From Rhodobacter capsulatus SB 1003 (GTDB lineage: Bacteria > Pseudomonadota > Alphaproteobacteria > Rhodobacterales > Rhodobacteraceae), in NCBI RefSeq assembly GCF_000021865.1, contig NC_014034.1, positions 2,640,001 through 2,672,000 on the forward strand: 32,000 bases of DNA, read 5' to 3'. Shown in pieces: positions 8,253 through 16,840 of this stretch. A program made the translations under genes and the position numbers. The stretch's first letter is position 1, and every line of letters begins with the position of its first letter. Below the pieces are notes generated by a model. The model ran no database searches and was not told the DNA's origin. It saw only the letters and a list, made by a program, of their open reading frames with translations.

Positions 8253-8900
8253 ATGACCCAGCCCGCGCCCCGCCCGACCGAAACCGCCGCGCATGACCGG
8301 CTTTACCGCAGCCTGCGCCAGCAGATCCTGACCGGAGAGCTCTTGCCCGGCCAGGCGATGACGTTGCGGGGCCTGGGCAAGCAATTCGGCGTCTCGATGA
8401 CCCCGGTGCGCGAGGCTTTGCGCCGGCTGGTGGCCGAGGGCGCGCTGACGCTGTCGTCTTCGGGGCGGGTCTCGACGCCCGAGCTGACGAACGAACGGAT
8501 CGAGGAGCTGGCGGCGCTGCGGGCGCTGATCGAGCCGGAGCTGGCCTCGCGCGCCCTGCCCCGCGCCCACCTTGCGCTGATCGACCGGCTGTCCGCGATC
8601 AACACGGCCAATGCCGAGGCGGTGGCGCGGCGCGATGCGGTGGCCTATATCCGCACCAATCTGGAATTCCACCGCACGTTATATTTGCGCGCCCAGGCGC
8701 CTGCGATGCTGGCCGTTCTGGAAACCGTCTGGCTGCAGCTGGGGCCGACGATGCGGCAGCTGCATGGCAAGTTCCCCCGCACCGAGCCGCCGCGCCATCA
8801 CCGGCTGATTCTGGCAGCGCTGCGGGCGGGCGACGAACCGGGGCTGCGGCTGGCCGTGCGCACAGATGTCACGCAGGGGCTGCGGCATCTGACCGGCTAG
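8253..8900 (+). CDS. GntR-family transcriptional regulator (FCD-type C-terminal domain)
   Basis: N-terminal wHTH: LYRSLRQQILTGELLPGQAMTLRGLGKQFGVSMTPVREALRRLVAEGAL. The C-terminal half is helical with EFHRTLY. Confidence 0.85.
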   Translation: MTQPAPRPTETAAHDRLYRSLRQQILTGELLPGQAMTLRGLGKQFGVSMTPVREALRRLVAEGALTLSSSGRVSTPELTNERIEELAALRALIEPELASRALPRAHLALIDRLSAINTANAEAVARRDAVAYIRTNLEFHRTLYLRAQAPAMLAVLETVWLQLGPTMRQLHGKFPRTEPPRHHRLILAALRAGDEPGLRLAVRTDVTQGLRHLTG

Positions 8901-9063
8901 GGGCGCAGCCCCCGTCCCTGCCCACCCCGGGATATTTGGCCAAGGTGAAAGGGTGGCGGGTTGCGGCCAGCACCCTGATCGCGCAAATGTGCCAGGAAGC
9001 GGTGGCAGTTTCTTCCCGGCTGAACTACGCCTCTGCCACGTTTTCGATTTGCACGAGGCCCAG

Positions 9064-9567
9064 ATGATGAATCCCTTGAGCGCCGAAGAGCGCAAGACGC
9101 TGGAAATGACCGTGTTGATGACGCCGGATCTGGCGAATTTTTCCGGCAAGGTGCATGGCGGCGCGCTGCTGAACTGGCTTGATCGCGTCGCCTTCTCGCT
9201 CGCCTCGCGCTATTCGGGGCGCTATGCGGTGACGATTTCCGTCGACCAGGTGATCTTCAAGGAACCGATCCATGTGGGCGAGCTGGTGCGGTTTCGCGCC
9301 AGCGTGAACCACACCGGGCGGTCCTCGATGGAAATCGGCATCCGGGTCGAGGCGGAAAACATCCGCGAAGGCACGCGGCGGCACACCAACAGCTGCTATT
9401 TCACCATGGTGGCGGTGGACGAGACCGGCAAGACCGTCGCCGTGCCGATGCTGGAGCCCGCGAACGAGACCGAGATGCTGCGCTGGAAGGCGGCCGAGCT
9501 GCGCAAGGCGCTGCGGCGCGAGCACGCGGCGCAGATGGAGGCCGCGGCGCTGGGCAAGTCGGAATAA
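9064..9567 (+). CDS. Acyl-CoA thioesterase (hotdog fold, YciA-like)
   Basis: LMTPDLANFSGKVHGGALLNWLDRVAFSLASRYSG...VTISVDQVIFKEPIHVGELV...TNSCYFTMVAVD is the typical thioesterase core. I prefer the start at the MMNPL ATG (9064) over the track start at 8953. Confidence 0.85.
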   Translation: MMNPLSAEERKTLEMTVLMTPDLANFSGKVHGGALLNWLDRVAFSLASRYSGRYAVTISVDQVIFKEPIHVGELVRFRASVNHTGRSSMEIGIRVEAENIREGTRRHTNSCYFTMVAVDETGKTVAVPMLEPANETEMLRWKAAELRKALRREHAAQMEAAALGKSE

Positions 9568-9594
9568 GCGGCCCGGAACCCGGGCTGCCCTTTT
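9568..9594 (+). terminator. Terminator after the thioesterase gene
   Basis: GCCCGG-AAC-CCGGGC (9571-9585), with flanking pairs, followed by TGCCCTTTT. Confidence 0.5.
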
Positions 9595-9652
9595 GGCGTT
9601 GAGTGGCGGCAGGCGCTTTGCTAGCCTGCCGCAACGGAACCGGGAGACCTGC

Positions 9653-10276
9653 ATGTATCGCCGCACTTTTCTGACGAGTCTGGCCGCGCTTGGCGTGGCT
9701 GCAAAGCCGCTGTTCGCGCAGGCCCCCGCCGTGGCCGCCGCGGCTCCGGCCGCCGCCGCCAAAGCGGCGTCTCCGGCGGCAGCCCCCGCCAAGACCTGGC
9801 CGATCGCGCCGCAATTCTACCCGACCGAGGTGGATGTGAAGCCCGATCTGGCGGTGGGCTCGATCATCGTCGTTTCGGACAAGTTCTTCCTTTACCACAT
9901 CATCGCGCCGGGCAAGGCGATGCGCTACGGCGTTGCCGTCGGCCGCTCGGAGCTGCAGTTCCGCGGTCAGGCCACGGTGGCGCGCAAGGTCGAATGGCCA
10001 AGCTGGAAACCCACCCCCGAGATGGTCAAGCGCAGCCCCAGCCATTACGCGCGCTATGCCGAAACCGGCATGCCGGGCGGCCCCGGCAACCCGCTGGGGG
10101 CCCGCGCCATGTATCTCTATCAGAACGGCCATGATACCGGCATCCGCATCCATGGCACGATTGAGCCGTCCTCGATCGGCCATGCGGTCTCGAACGGTTG
10201 CCTGCGCATGGTGAACGATCATGTGATGGCGCTTTACAAGGTGGTCGAGCTGGGCACGCCGGTCACCGTCTACTGA
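9653..10276 (+). CDS. L,D-transpeptidase (YkuD domain), Tat-type signal
   Basis: MYRRTFLTSLAALGVAAKPLFAQA is a twin-arginine signal. The catalytic motif is HGT...IGHAVSNGCLRMVN. The ATG at 9653 follows GGGAGA. Confidence 0.9.
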   Translation: MYRRTFLTSLAALGVAAKPLFAQAPAVAAAAPAAAAKAASPAAAPAKTWPIAPQFYPTEVDVKPDLAVGSIIVVSDKFFLYHIIAPGKAMRYGVAVGRSELQFRGQATVARKVEWPSWKPTPEMVKRSPSHYARYAETGMPGGPGNPLGARAMYLYQNGHDTGIRIHGTIEPSSIGHAVSNGCLRMVNDHVMALYKVVELGTPVTVY

Positions 10277-11322
10277 TGCGGCTGGGCTCGGTCGCCGAGG
10301 CGGCGGCGCTCGATTTCGACACGATCATCGACGTCCGCTCGCCCGCGGAACATGCGCTTGACCATCTGCCCGGGGCGATCAACCTGCCCGCGCTGTCAGA
10401 TGCGGAACGCGCCCGCGTCGGCACGATCTACAAGCAGGTCTCGCCCTTTGACGCGCGCAAGATCGGCGCGGCGCTGGTGGCGAAGAATGTCGCCGCGCAT
10501 CTGGAGGGCCCCTTGGCCGACAAGACCGGGGGCTGGCGGCCGCTGGTCTATTGCTGGCGCGGCGGGCAGCGCTCGGGGTCGTTTGCGACGATCCTGCGCG
10601 CGGTGGGCTGGCGCACCGAGCTGCTGGAAGGCGGCTACAAGAGCTGGCGGCGGCTGGTGCTGGAGACGCTCGGCCAGCCGATCCGGGCGCCGGTCGTGGT
10701 GCTGGACGGCAACACCGGCTCGGCCAAGACCGCCGTTCTGCAGGCGGCCGCCGCGCAGGGCGCGCAGGTGATCGACCTGGAGGGGCTGGCCAATCACCGC
10801 GGCTCGATCTTTGGCGCGCGGCCGGGCGGGCAACCGGCGCAGACCGGCTTCGAGGGCAAGCTGGCGGTTGCCCTGGCGCAGCTCGATCCGGCGCGGCCGG
10901 TGCTGATCGAGGCCGAAAGCGCGAAGGTGGGGCAGATCCAGCTGCCGAAAAGCCTCTGGGCGGCGCTGCGCAGGGCGCCGCGGCTGCGGCTGGTGGCCCC
11001 CCTGCCCGCGCGGGCGGCCTATCTGGCGCGGGCCTATGCCGATATCGTCGCCGATCCCCTGCGGCTGACCCGGCTGATCGACCAGCTGCGCCCCTATCAC
11101 GCCGCCGAGGTGATTCACCTCTGGCACGGGTTGGCGGCGGCGCAGGCCTTCGAGGCGCTGGCGGCCGAGCTGATGCGGCGCCATTACGATCCGCGCTACG
11201 ACAAGCACCGCGCGCGGCAGGACCACCGGGTCATCGAGATCGCCACCGACAGCCTTGCCCCCGAGGCGCTGACCGCGCTGGCCGCAGATGTCATCGCCGC
11301 GGCGGGGCGGTTGGCGGGCTGA
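10276..11322 (+). CDS. selU: tRNA 2-selenouridine synthase (rhodanese + P-loop)
   Basis: Rhodanese part: IIDVRSPAEHALDHLPGAINLP...LVYCWRGGQRSGS with the catalytic Cys. P-loop: LDGNTGSAKT. C-terminal HYDPRYDK. The start ATG overlaps the upstream stop (TGATG at 10274-10278). Confidence 0.85.
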   Translation: MRLGSVAEAAALDFDTIIDVRSPAEHALDHLPGAINLPALSDAERARVGTIYKQVSPFDARKIGAALVAKNVAAHLEGPLADKTGGWRPLVYCWRGGQRSGSFATILRAVGWRTELLEGGYKSWRRLVLETLGQPIRAPVVVLDGNTGSAKTAVLQAAAAQGAQVIDLEGLANHRGSIFGARPGGQPAQTGFEGKLAVALAQLDPARPVLIEAESAKVGQIQLPKSLWAALRRAPRLRLVAPLPARAAYLARAYADIVADPLRLTRLIDQLRPYHAAEVIHLWHGLAAAQAFEALAAELMRRHYDPRYDKHRARQDHRVIEIATDSLAPEALTALAADVIAAAGRLAG

Positions 11323-11384
11323 ACCACTTTTTCCCGATTTCACCCTTGACGCCCCCCGCGCCATCCCTTAGTGACGCCGCCAGT

Positions 11385-11461
11385 GGCTAGGTAGCTCAGC
11401 AGGTTAGAGCACGTGACTCATAATCACGGGGTCGGGGGTTCGAGTCCCCCCCTCGCCACCA
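11385..11461 (+). tRNA. tRNA-Met (anticodon CAU), elongator-like; lysidine-modified tRNA-Ile2 not excluded
   Basis: 77-nt cloverleaf: GGCTAGG acceptor stem (one U4-C69 mismatch), D-arm GCTC/GAGC, anticodon loop CUCAUAA, T-arm GGGGG-TTCGAGT-CCCCC, encoded CCA. It lacks the 1:72 mismatch and the GGG/CCC anticodon stem of an initiator. Confidence 0.9.
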
Positions 11462-11479
11462 ACTTACCCCCTACAACCA

Positions 11480-11940
11480 TCACCGGAATCCGCCCCGCAA
11501 AGGGCAGAAAAAGTGCCGACCTCCTCGGCTTCCAGGGGCCGCCGCGCGCCGTTCCTGCGCGGCCGCGAGGTCCTGGCGCAAGGGGATGATCTCTCGATCA
11601 AAGAAATCCTCCTCCACGCGGCCCGCGTTCAACGACTTTTGCAGCCGCTCGATCGCGGCCGTCGCCCGGTCCCTGTCGCGCGCTGCCGTGGCGCGGGTCT
11701 TGGCTGCCGTCCGCCGGTCCTTTTGCGCCGCCTCGATGAATGCGGCGACAAGATCCGGTTTTTTCAGACCCTCGATCAGACCGTCGATCACCGCGCGCCG
11801 AATTTGGTCGAACCGACAGCTTCGCCCGTTGGGGCAGGTGCCGCTTTCCCGGAAGGTGGAACACTCTCCCCCGACCCCATCACCGCGCGTGTCGTGCATT
11901 GCCAGACTGCCATTGCTCTTCCGGGACAAGCGCGAGGTGC
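11480..11940 (-). pseudogene. C-terminal remnant of a large serine recombinase (zinc-ribbon plus coiled-coil part only)
   Basis: ...ECSTFRESGTCPNGRSCRFDQIRRAVIDGLIEGLKKPDLVAAFIEAAQKDRR...ERLQKSL... resembles the C-x-x-x-R-x-x-G-T-C-x-N-x(3-5)-R-x-D-x-L/I-E/R-x-x-V pattern and helical tail of alphaproteobacterial large serine recombinases. No resolvase catalytic domain lies upstream. The same frame upstream runs into the gpx gene out of frame. The 5' boundary is approximate. Confidence 0.5.
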
Positions 11941-12042
11941 GAAACCTCGGCGCGCTGCCATTCTGGGTCCGGGTTGCCCCTCGGAACACGCTTTCCGGTG
12001 CCCGGGAACACGAGCCGACCGGATCTGCCGGAAAGGTCCGGT

Positions 12043-12591
12043 TCAGGCGGGCAGCAGCGGCGCGATGATCCGCTTCATTTCCTCCGACCCCGGCTTGACC
12101 GGCGCGCCCCAGGTGGTCACGACCTGCCCCGCGCCGTCCAGCAGCACCTTGTTGAAGTTCCAGTTCGGCACGAACCCCCGCGTCTGGCGCAGCCACCGAT
12201 AAAACGGATGCGCCGCTTCCCCGAGGAGGAGGACGGGTTCGCTCATCGGCACGGTCATCCCCCAGACGGTTTCGCAATAGGCCCTGGTTTCGGCGGCGGT
12301 GTCGAATTCCTTGCCGAAATCATCCGAGGGCACCGCCAGCACCCGCAGCCCGCGCGGGCCCCATTCTTCGTGGAACTGCTGCAGATCGCCCAGCTGCGCC
12401 TTGAAACTGCACTGCGAGGCGGTGTTGACCACCAGAACCGGATGGCCGCGCCAGCGCGCCAGCTCGATCGGCTCTCCGCCGCCGATCGGGTCGAACCGGA
12501 AGGCCGGGGCCTGGTCGGCCCGCGCGGCGGCATCTGCCAGAAGAGAGATCCCGCCCGCAAGGAAGACGCGGCGGTTGAGACGAAACGACAT
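12043..12591 (-). CDS. Glutathione peroxidase-family protein with Tat-type signal
   Basis: MSFRLNRRVFLAGG signal; VVNTASQCSF active-site region; LAVPSDDFG.E; WNFNKVLLDGAGQVV (the GPx WNF motif). Confidence 0.85.
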   Translation of the reverse strand: MSFRLNRRVFLAGGISLLADAAARADQAPAFRFDPIGGGEPIELARWRGHPVLVVNTASQCSFKAQLGDLQQFHEEWGPRGLRVLAVPSDDFGKEFDTAAETRAYCETVWGMTVPMSEPVLLLGEAAHPFYRWLRQTRGFVPNWNFNKVLLDGAGQVVTTWGAPVKPGSEEMKRIIAPLLPA

Positions 12592-12645
12592 GGGAGCCTC
12601 GCGTTTGAAAGGCGCCCCCGGACGGCGGCGTCGGGGGCGCGTTGA

Positions 12646-15210
12646 TTACCAGGTGACCTGCGTGCCCAGCCAGACGCTGCGGCCCTCGACCCAGGGGTTT
12701 TGCAGCGTCGACGGGCCTGCGCTGTCATCCAGCAGGTTGGCGATCTTCAGCTTCAGATAGGCCTCGCGGTCGCCATCGGTGAAGATCCGCGCCTGCGCCG
12801 AAAGGTTGATCTGCGCATAGGTCTTGAAGCGGTAATCCTCGAACAGGCTGTGCGGCCGGTCGCCATAGGTCGGGTTGGTGTGGGTTTCATCGACATCGGT
12901 GTCGCGCACCCCGTCATAGGCGAAGTTGATGTCGGCGCCGATGCCAAGCCCGTATTGCCCGTCCTTCCAGCTGGTCTGCAGCTCGACTTGCGCGCGCACC
13001 GGAATATCGTAATTGCCCGTCAGCTCGCTGAATTCCGCGCGGCTGTAAGAGGTGCCGCGATACCAGATCAGATCAAGCTCGTTCAGCGCGTCGTCGCTGT
13101 CGTAATAGCTGCTGGCCGAGGTCTTGTTGTCGGCGAAGACCCCGGAGACGCGCAGCCCGACACTGTCCAGATTGCGCAGGCGCGTCCGGTCCCAGACCCG
13201 GTCGTATTCCAGCCTGGCTTCGCGATAGCGGCTGCTGCCCGCGTTGGTCAGAAAGTTGATCTCCTTGCCATCCGCGCCGGTGCGCGCGGCCTGGGCGAAC
13301 TGGTCGCGGCCGTGCCGATCCAGCAGGGTCAGCCGCCAGACGCCTTCGGACCAGGGGTCATCTGCCGTCATCCCCAGCTTGATCTCGTCGGTATAGGGGG
13401 TGTCGAGCCCCTGCTGGGTGTAGCGGTAATGGCCGAAATCGTAAAAGGTCCAGTCCCCGGTCGGGCTGAACCGCATCCGGTTGATCGCGATCGGGGTGTT
13501 GTCGTGGATCGCATAAGCCAGATAATCGTCCGAGTAATAGCGGTTCAGGCCCAGATCGACGCGCAGCGCCTCGTTGGGCCGGAAGGCCAGCGAGAGGCGC
13601 GGCGCAACATCGGTGTTGTCCAGCACGTCATTGCGGTCCAGCCGCAGACCGGCGCGCAGATCGATCCTGTCCCAGCTCTTTTCCCATTCGGTGAAGGCCT
13701 CGAGCTTGTGCGCCTCGACCGTCGTCGCATAGGCGGGGTAGATCACCTTGATCCAGGCATATTGATCGGCGTTGCAAAAGGCATCGCCCGGTGCGCAGAC
13801 ACCGCTGAAATTGCGGTTGAAGGCGGCATAGGCGGTGGTGTCTTTCAGACGGCTGCGGCTGGCGCGGGTCTTTTGCACCGCGGCGCCAAAGCGCAGCTCG
13901 CCCCCGGCAAGGGCGCGGCTGACCTTGAGATCGGCGCGCAAGCTGTCGTCGTCAAGACGCTTGTCGCCGGTAAAGCCCCCCTCCATGCAGGACACATAGC
14001 CCGTGGTCAGCGCCCCGACGTTGCACCAGCCCAGCGCGCCATCAAGCGTGGTGTTGTCATAATAGCGCCCGATCCAGTTGGCGAAGTAATCGACGTTGCT
14101 GTCATTTTCCACATCATTGGTCGCATAGGTCAGGCTCGAGGTCATGTCCCAAGGGCCAAAGCTGTTTTCATACAGCGCGGTGAGGGTGCGCGCCCGGGTC
14201 CGGGTGGCCAGCGTATAGCCCCAGGCGTAATTCGACGCCCAATCCTGATCGTAATCGGTGGCCGCCGCCGACAGCGAAAAGACGCCGCCGTCATCGGCCT
14301 GATGGCGCAGGGCAAGGCGCGCGAAATCGCTCGTCGTCTCTGCTTCCACATCCTCGCCAAGATATTGATAATCAAGCTGCTTGCGCCCCCAGGCGGCGTT
14401 GCGGCTGATCGAGAAAAGCAGCGCCGTGCGGTCGCTCAGCGGCGTTTCATATTCAAAGCCGATCTCGCGCCGGGTCCATTCGGGCTTGCTGCGGCCAAGC
14501 GGATTGCTGCCCTCGGGGGTTCCGTTGCTGTAATGCGTCAGCGCGTCCGACGTATAGCCAAAGGTGTAAAGCCCGCGCTTTTCGCCGGAGGGCTCGCGCA
14601 GGCGATAATTCACCACCCCGCCCTGAAAGCCGCCGTATTGCGCCGAAATGTCCGAGGTCTGCACCTCGACCTTCTCAATGAAGGCCTCGGGGATATACTG
14701 GCTTTGCGGATGCAGGCCGTAGATCGTGTTGATGCCGGTGCTGCCATCGGCCTTGTCGAGCGGGGTCGCCGTGAAGGGCTCTGCGGCGACGGTGCTTGAA
14801 ATGCTCACCCCGTTCATCATGAACAGGTTCTCGTTCACCGAGCCGCCGGAAATGGAAAGCCTGGACGGCTGAAGGTTGAGCTTGGTGTCGGAATTGGTGC
14901 CGGTGTCGAAGGCGCCGTCCACGGTGCGGCGGGTCTCGTCCTGCACGCCGGGAAGCGCCGCGATGGCCGCGTTCACATCGCCCGAAACACCGCCGAAAAG
15001 CGCGATCTCGCCCGTTTCGACCTCCTGCGCGCCTTCCGAGGTCTCGGTCTCGCCTGCCTTGTGGTGGCGCACGACGATCGGCGCCAGGGTCGCCGCGTCG
15101 CTGCCTTCGGTCTCCGGCACCGCCTGAGCGAGGGCGGGCCCGCCCAGAAGCAGCCCCGAAACCAGGGGGCAGGTCAACAAAAGGAATAGTCCGGGTGTCT
15201 TGCGCATCAT
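12646..15210 (-). CDS. TonB-dependent outer-membrane receptor (854 aa)
   Basis: Signal peptide, TonB-box-like ATLAPIVV, and plug-domain motifs (...LPGVQ...SISGGSVNENLFMMNGVSI...VEVQTSDISAQYGGFQGGVVNY). A long Tyr/Asp/Asn-rich barrel ends in ...SVWLGTQVTW. Confidence 0.9.
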   Translation of the reverse strand: MMRKTPGLFLLLTCPLVSGLLLGGPALAQAVPETEGSDAATLAPIVVRHHKAGETETSEGAQEVETGEIALFGGVSGDVNAAIAALPGVQDETRRTVDGAFDTGTNSDTKLNLQPSRLSISGGSVNENLFMMNGVSISSTVAAEPFTATPLDKADGSTGINTIYGLHPQSQYIPEAFIEKVEVQTSDISAQYGGFQGGVVNYRLREPSGEKRGLYTFGYTSDALTHYSNGTPEGSNPLGRSKPEWTRREIGFEYETPLSDRTALLFSISRNAAWGRKQLDYQYLGEDVEAETTSDFARLALRHQADDGGVFSLSAAATDYDQDWASNYAWGYTLATRTRARTLTALYENSFGPWDMTSSLTYATNDVENDSNVDYFANWIGRYYDNTTLDGALGWCNVGALTTGYVSCMEGGFTGDKRLDDDSLRADLKVSRALAGGELRFGAAVQKTRASRSRLKDTTAYAAFNRNFSGVCAPGDAFCNADQYAWIKVIYPAYATTVEAHKLEAFTEWEKSWDRIDLRAGLRLDRNDVLDNTDVAPRLSLAFRPNEALRVDLGLNRYYSDDYLAYAIHDNTPIAINRMRFSPTGDWTFYDFGHYRYTQQGLDTPYTDEIKLGMTADDPWSEGVWRLTLLDRHGRDQFAQAARTGADGKEINFLTNAGSSRYREARLEYDRVWDRTRLRNLDSVGLRVSGVFADNKTSASSYYDSDDALNELDLIWYRGTSYSRAEFSELTGNYDIPVRAQVELQTSWKDGQYGLGIGADINFAYDGVRDTDVDETHTNPTYGDRPHSLFEDYRFKTYAQINLSAQARIFTDGDREAYLKLKIANLLDDSAGPSTLQNPWVEGRSVWLGTQVTW

Positions 15211-15412
15211 GCCCCCAAGGCGGCAAAAGGGTTGCGACCTTTCGCTGGCTGAGGCTGGCGTCGAAGCTGTCGTTAACGGCTTGGCGCGCGCAATTCAAGA
15301 TGCGGCACGGGGGATCTTGACCTTCCCCCGCGATCAAAGGCAGGGTTGGTCAACCCGTTCCCCAGCCGGCGCCAGGCAAGACAGGGCCCTCCCTCATAAA
15401 CGAAAGTTTGCC

Positions 15413-16444
15413 ATGCGTCTCGCCCGCCTGTGCCTGTTCTCTGCCCTGAGCCTGTCTTTCCCCGTGATGCCTTGCGCCGCCCACACGCCGCCCCCCGCCG
15501 CCGATCCCCTGCGCCCGGGCTTCACCGCCCCCCTGCCCGCCGATGTCGCCGCGCTGGACCCCAGCATCCTGCTGGGCGACCGGCTGGTGGCGGTGGCGCG
15601 TCATCTCGGGGTCGAAAGCCGCGCCTTTTCCCTGCGGCAGAACGATGCCGCAACCGAGATGGCAAAGCTGCCGTCCGGGGCGCTGGCGCTGAGCTCGCCG
15701 CGGGTGATGGCCGATGTGAACAGCTGCGAAATTCTGGTGGCGGTTCTGGAAACCCAGCCCGAGCGGATCCTCGTCGAGCAGACGGGCGCCACCGCGGCAG
15801 CCGAGATCTTGCAGGATCCGATGCGGCTGATGCCGCTGATGACGGCGGAAGGCGGCCTGATCGCGGTCAACCATGTGAAGATCGAGATCGCCGATTACAC
15901 GCTGGGGGATGAGCTTTTCATTTATCAGATCGGGCAGATGCTGAACCGGGGGGCCAGGGCGGAGGCGCTTTTGCAGGCGCGCGAGGCAACGCTGGCGCGC
16001 GTCGAGACGCTGTTGCCGCTGCCCGCACGGCCCAGAACGCTGGTGCTCTCTGCCGGGCCGGACGGGACCTTGCGGCAGGAGCTGCGCGCAAGCCCGATCT
16101 CGCGCGACCTGCTGGACCGGCTCGGTCTGGAAAATGCCGCGCGGCCTTCGGCAAACGGGGGCACGGAAGACGGGGCCGCGCGCGCGGCGATCAACGGGGC
16201 GGAACTGGCCGCCCTTGCGCCGGAGATGATCGTGCTGACCGGCGAGCCGGTCGCCGCGCGTCGGGCGCTTGACGCGGCCCTCTCGGCCGTGCCCGCGGCA
16301 GCGGCCGTTCCTGCGGTCGCGACGGGGCGCATCGCGGAATTGCCCGGGTGGAACGGCTACGACATCATCGCTTATCCCGCGCTTCTGGAACGCTGGGCAA
16401 GCACCTTGCGCCGGATGGCCCCCGTGCCGCCTCACCTGCCGTAA
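15413..16444 (+). CDS. Putative periplasmic substrate-binding protein (iron-siderophore/cobalamin ABC type), divergent from the TonB-dependent receptor
   Basis: Signal peptide MRLARLCLFSALSLSFPVMPCAA and high third-position GC. The C-terminal half (...PRTLVLSAGPDG...DLLDRLGLENAA...GAELAALAPEMIVLTGE...AVATGRIAELPGW) looks like PF01497-type binding proteins. The N-terminal half is atypical, so the family call is tentative. Confidence 0.5.
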   Translation: MRLARLCLFSALSLSFPVMPCAAHTPPPAADPLRPGFTAPLPADVAALDPSILLGDRLVAVARHLGVESRAFSLRQNDAATEMAKLPSGALALSSPRVMADVNSCEILVAVLETQPERILVEQTGATAAAEILQDPMRLMPLMTAEGGLIAVNHVKIEIADYTLGDELFIYQIGQMLNRGARAEALLQAREATLARVETLLPLPARPRTLVLSAGPDGTLRQELRASPISRDLLDRLGLENAARPSANGGTEDGAARAAINGAELAALAPEMIVLTGEPVAARRALDAALSAVPAAAAVPAVATGRIAELPGWNGYDIIAYPALLERWASTLRRMAPVPPHLP

Positions 16445-16840
16445 AAGGATGCTGTCGAGATTTGACCTCCTTCTGCAGGGATTTTCCTGCCGTTCGGGCA
16501 TGTTGGGACCGTCTGTATCCCGCGATGCAGGGCCGGATGCTGACGGCGGCGGTCGAAGCCTGTCCGCCTGGCCCGACCGGGCCGCGCATCGGCAGGATCG
16601 GCCGCCGCCCTCACCATGGGCCTGAACGGATATGCGGCGGGATCGCGGCGGGTGACGAGGATGGAGGCGACCATCGGCAAGATCGGAACGCGCGCCAACG
16701 CGCGGATCGCCGCGCCTGCAGGACGCGGCGCAAGGGGGGGCCGGGCAAATCGTGCCGCTGCGCAAAATCGGTCGGCGCCCCGACATTCGGCCGCGGATCG
16801 ATGCGGTCACTGCGGCGCCTGTTTGGTGGCCGAAGAGCTT

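Noticed and set aside
11385-11461. tRNA-Met as an initiator tRNA
   Set aside because: Positions 1:72 are a G-C pair, and the anticodon stem lacks the three consecutive G-C pairs typical of initiators. I called it elongator type, with Ile2 not excluded.
11480-12277. 265-aa minus-strand ORF as an intact gene
   Set aside because: Its 5' third overlaps the well-supported glutathione peroxidase gene in a different frame. Only the 3' part resembles a recombinase tail, so I called it a remnant rather than a CDS.
12700-14799. 699-aa plus-strand ORF opposite the TonB-dependent receptor
   Set aside because: It is antisense to a receptor with signal peptide, plug motifs and a C-terminal aromatic residue. 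The translation is low-complexity.
15211-15412. Possible cobalamin riboswitch in the leader of the TonB-dependent receptor or the binding-protein gene
   Set aside because: Fragments resemble riboswitch pieces: GGGGAAGGTCAAGATCCCCC and AGCCAGCGAAAGGTCGC on the minus strand, and GCCAGGCAAGACAGGGCC on the plus strand. However, the conserved GCCACTG/CCCGC core and a proper B12 box with P1 pairing are not present by eye. The receptor, at 854 aa, is also much larger than BtuB. An Infernal scan with RF00174 would settle it.
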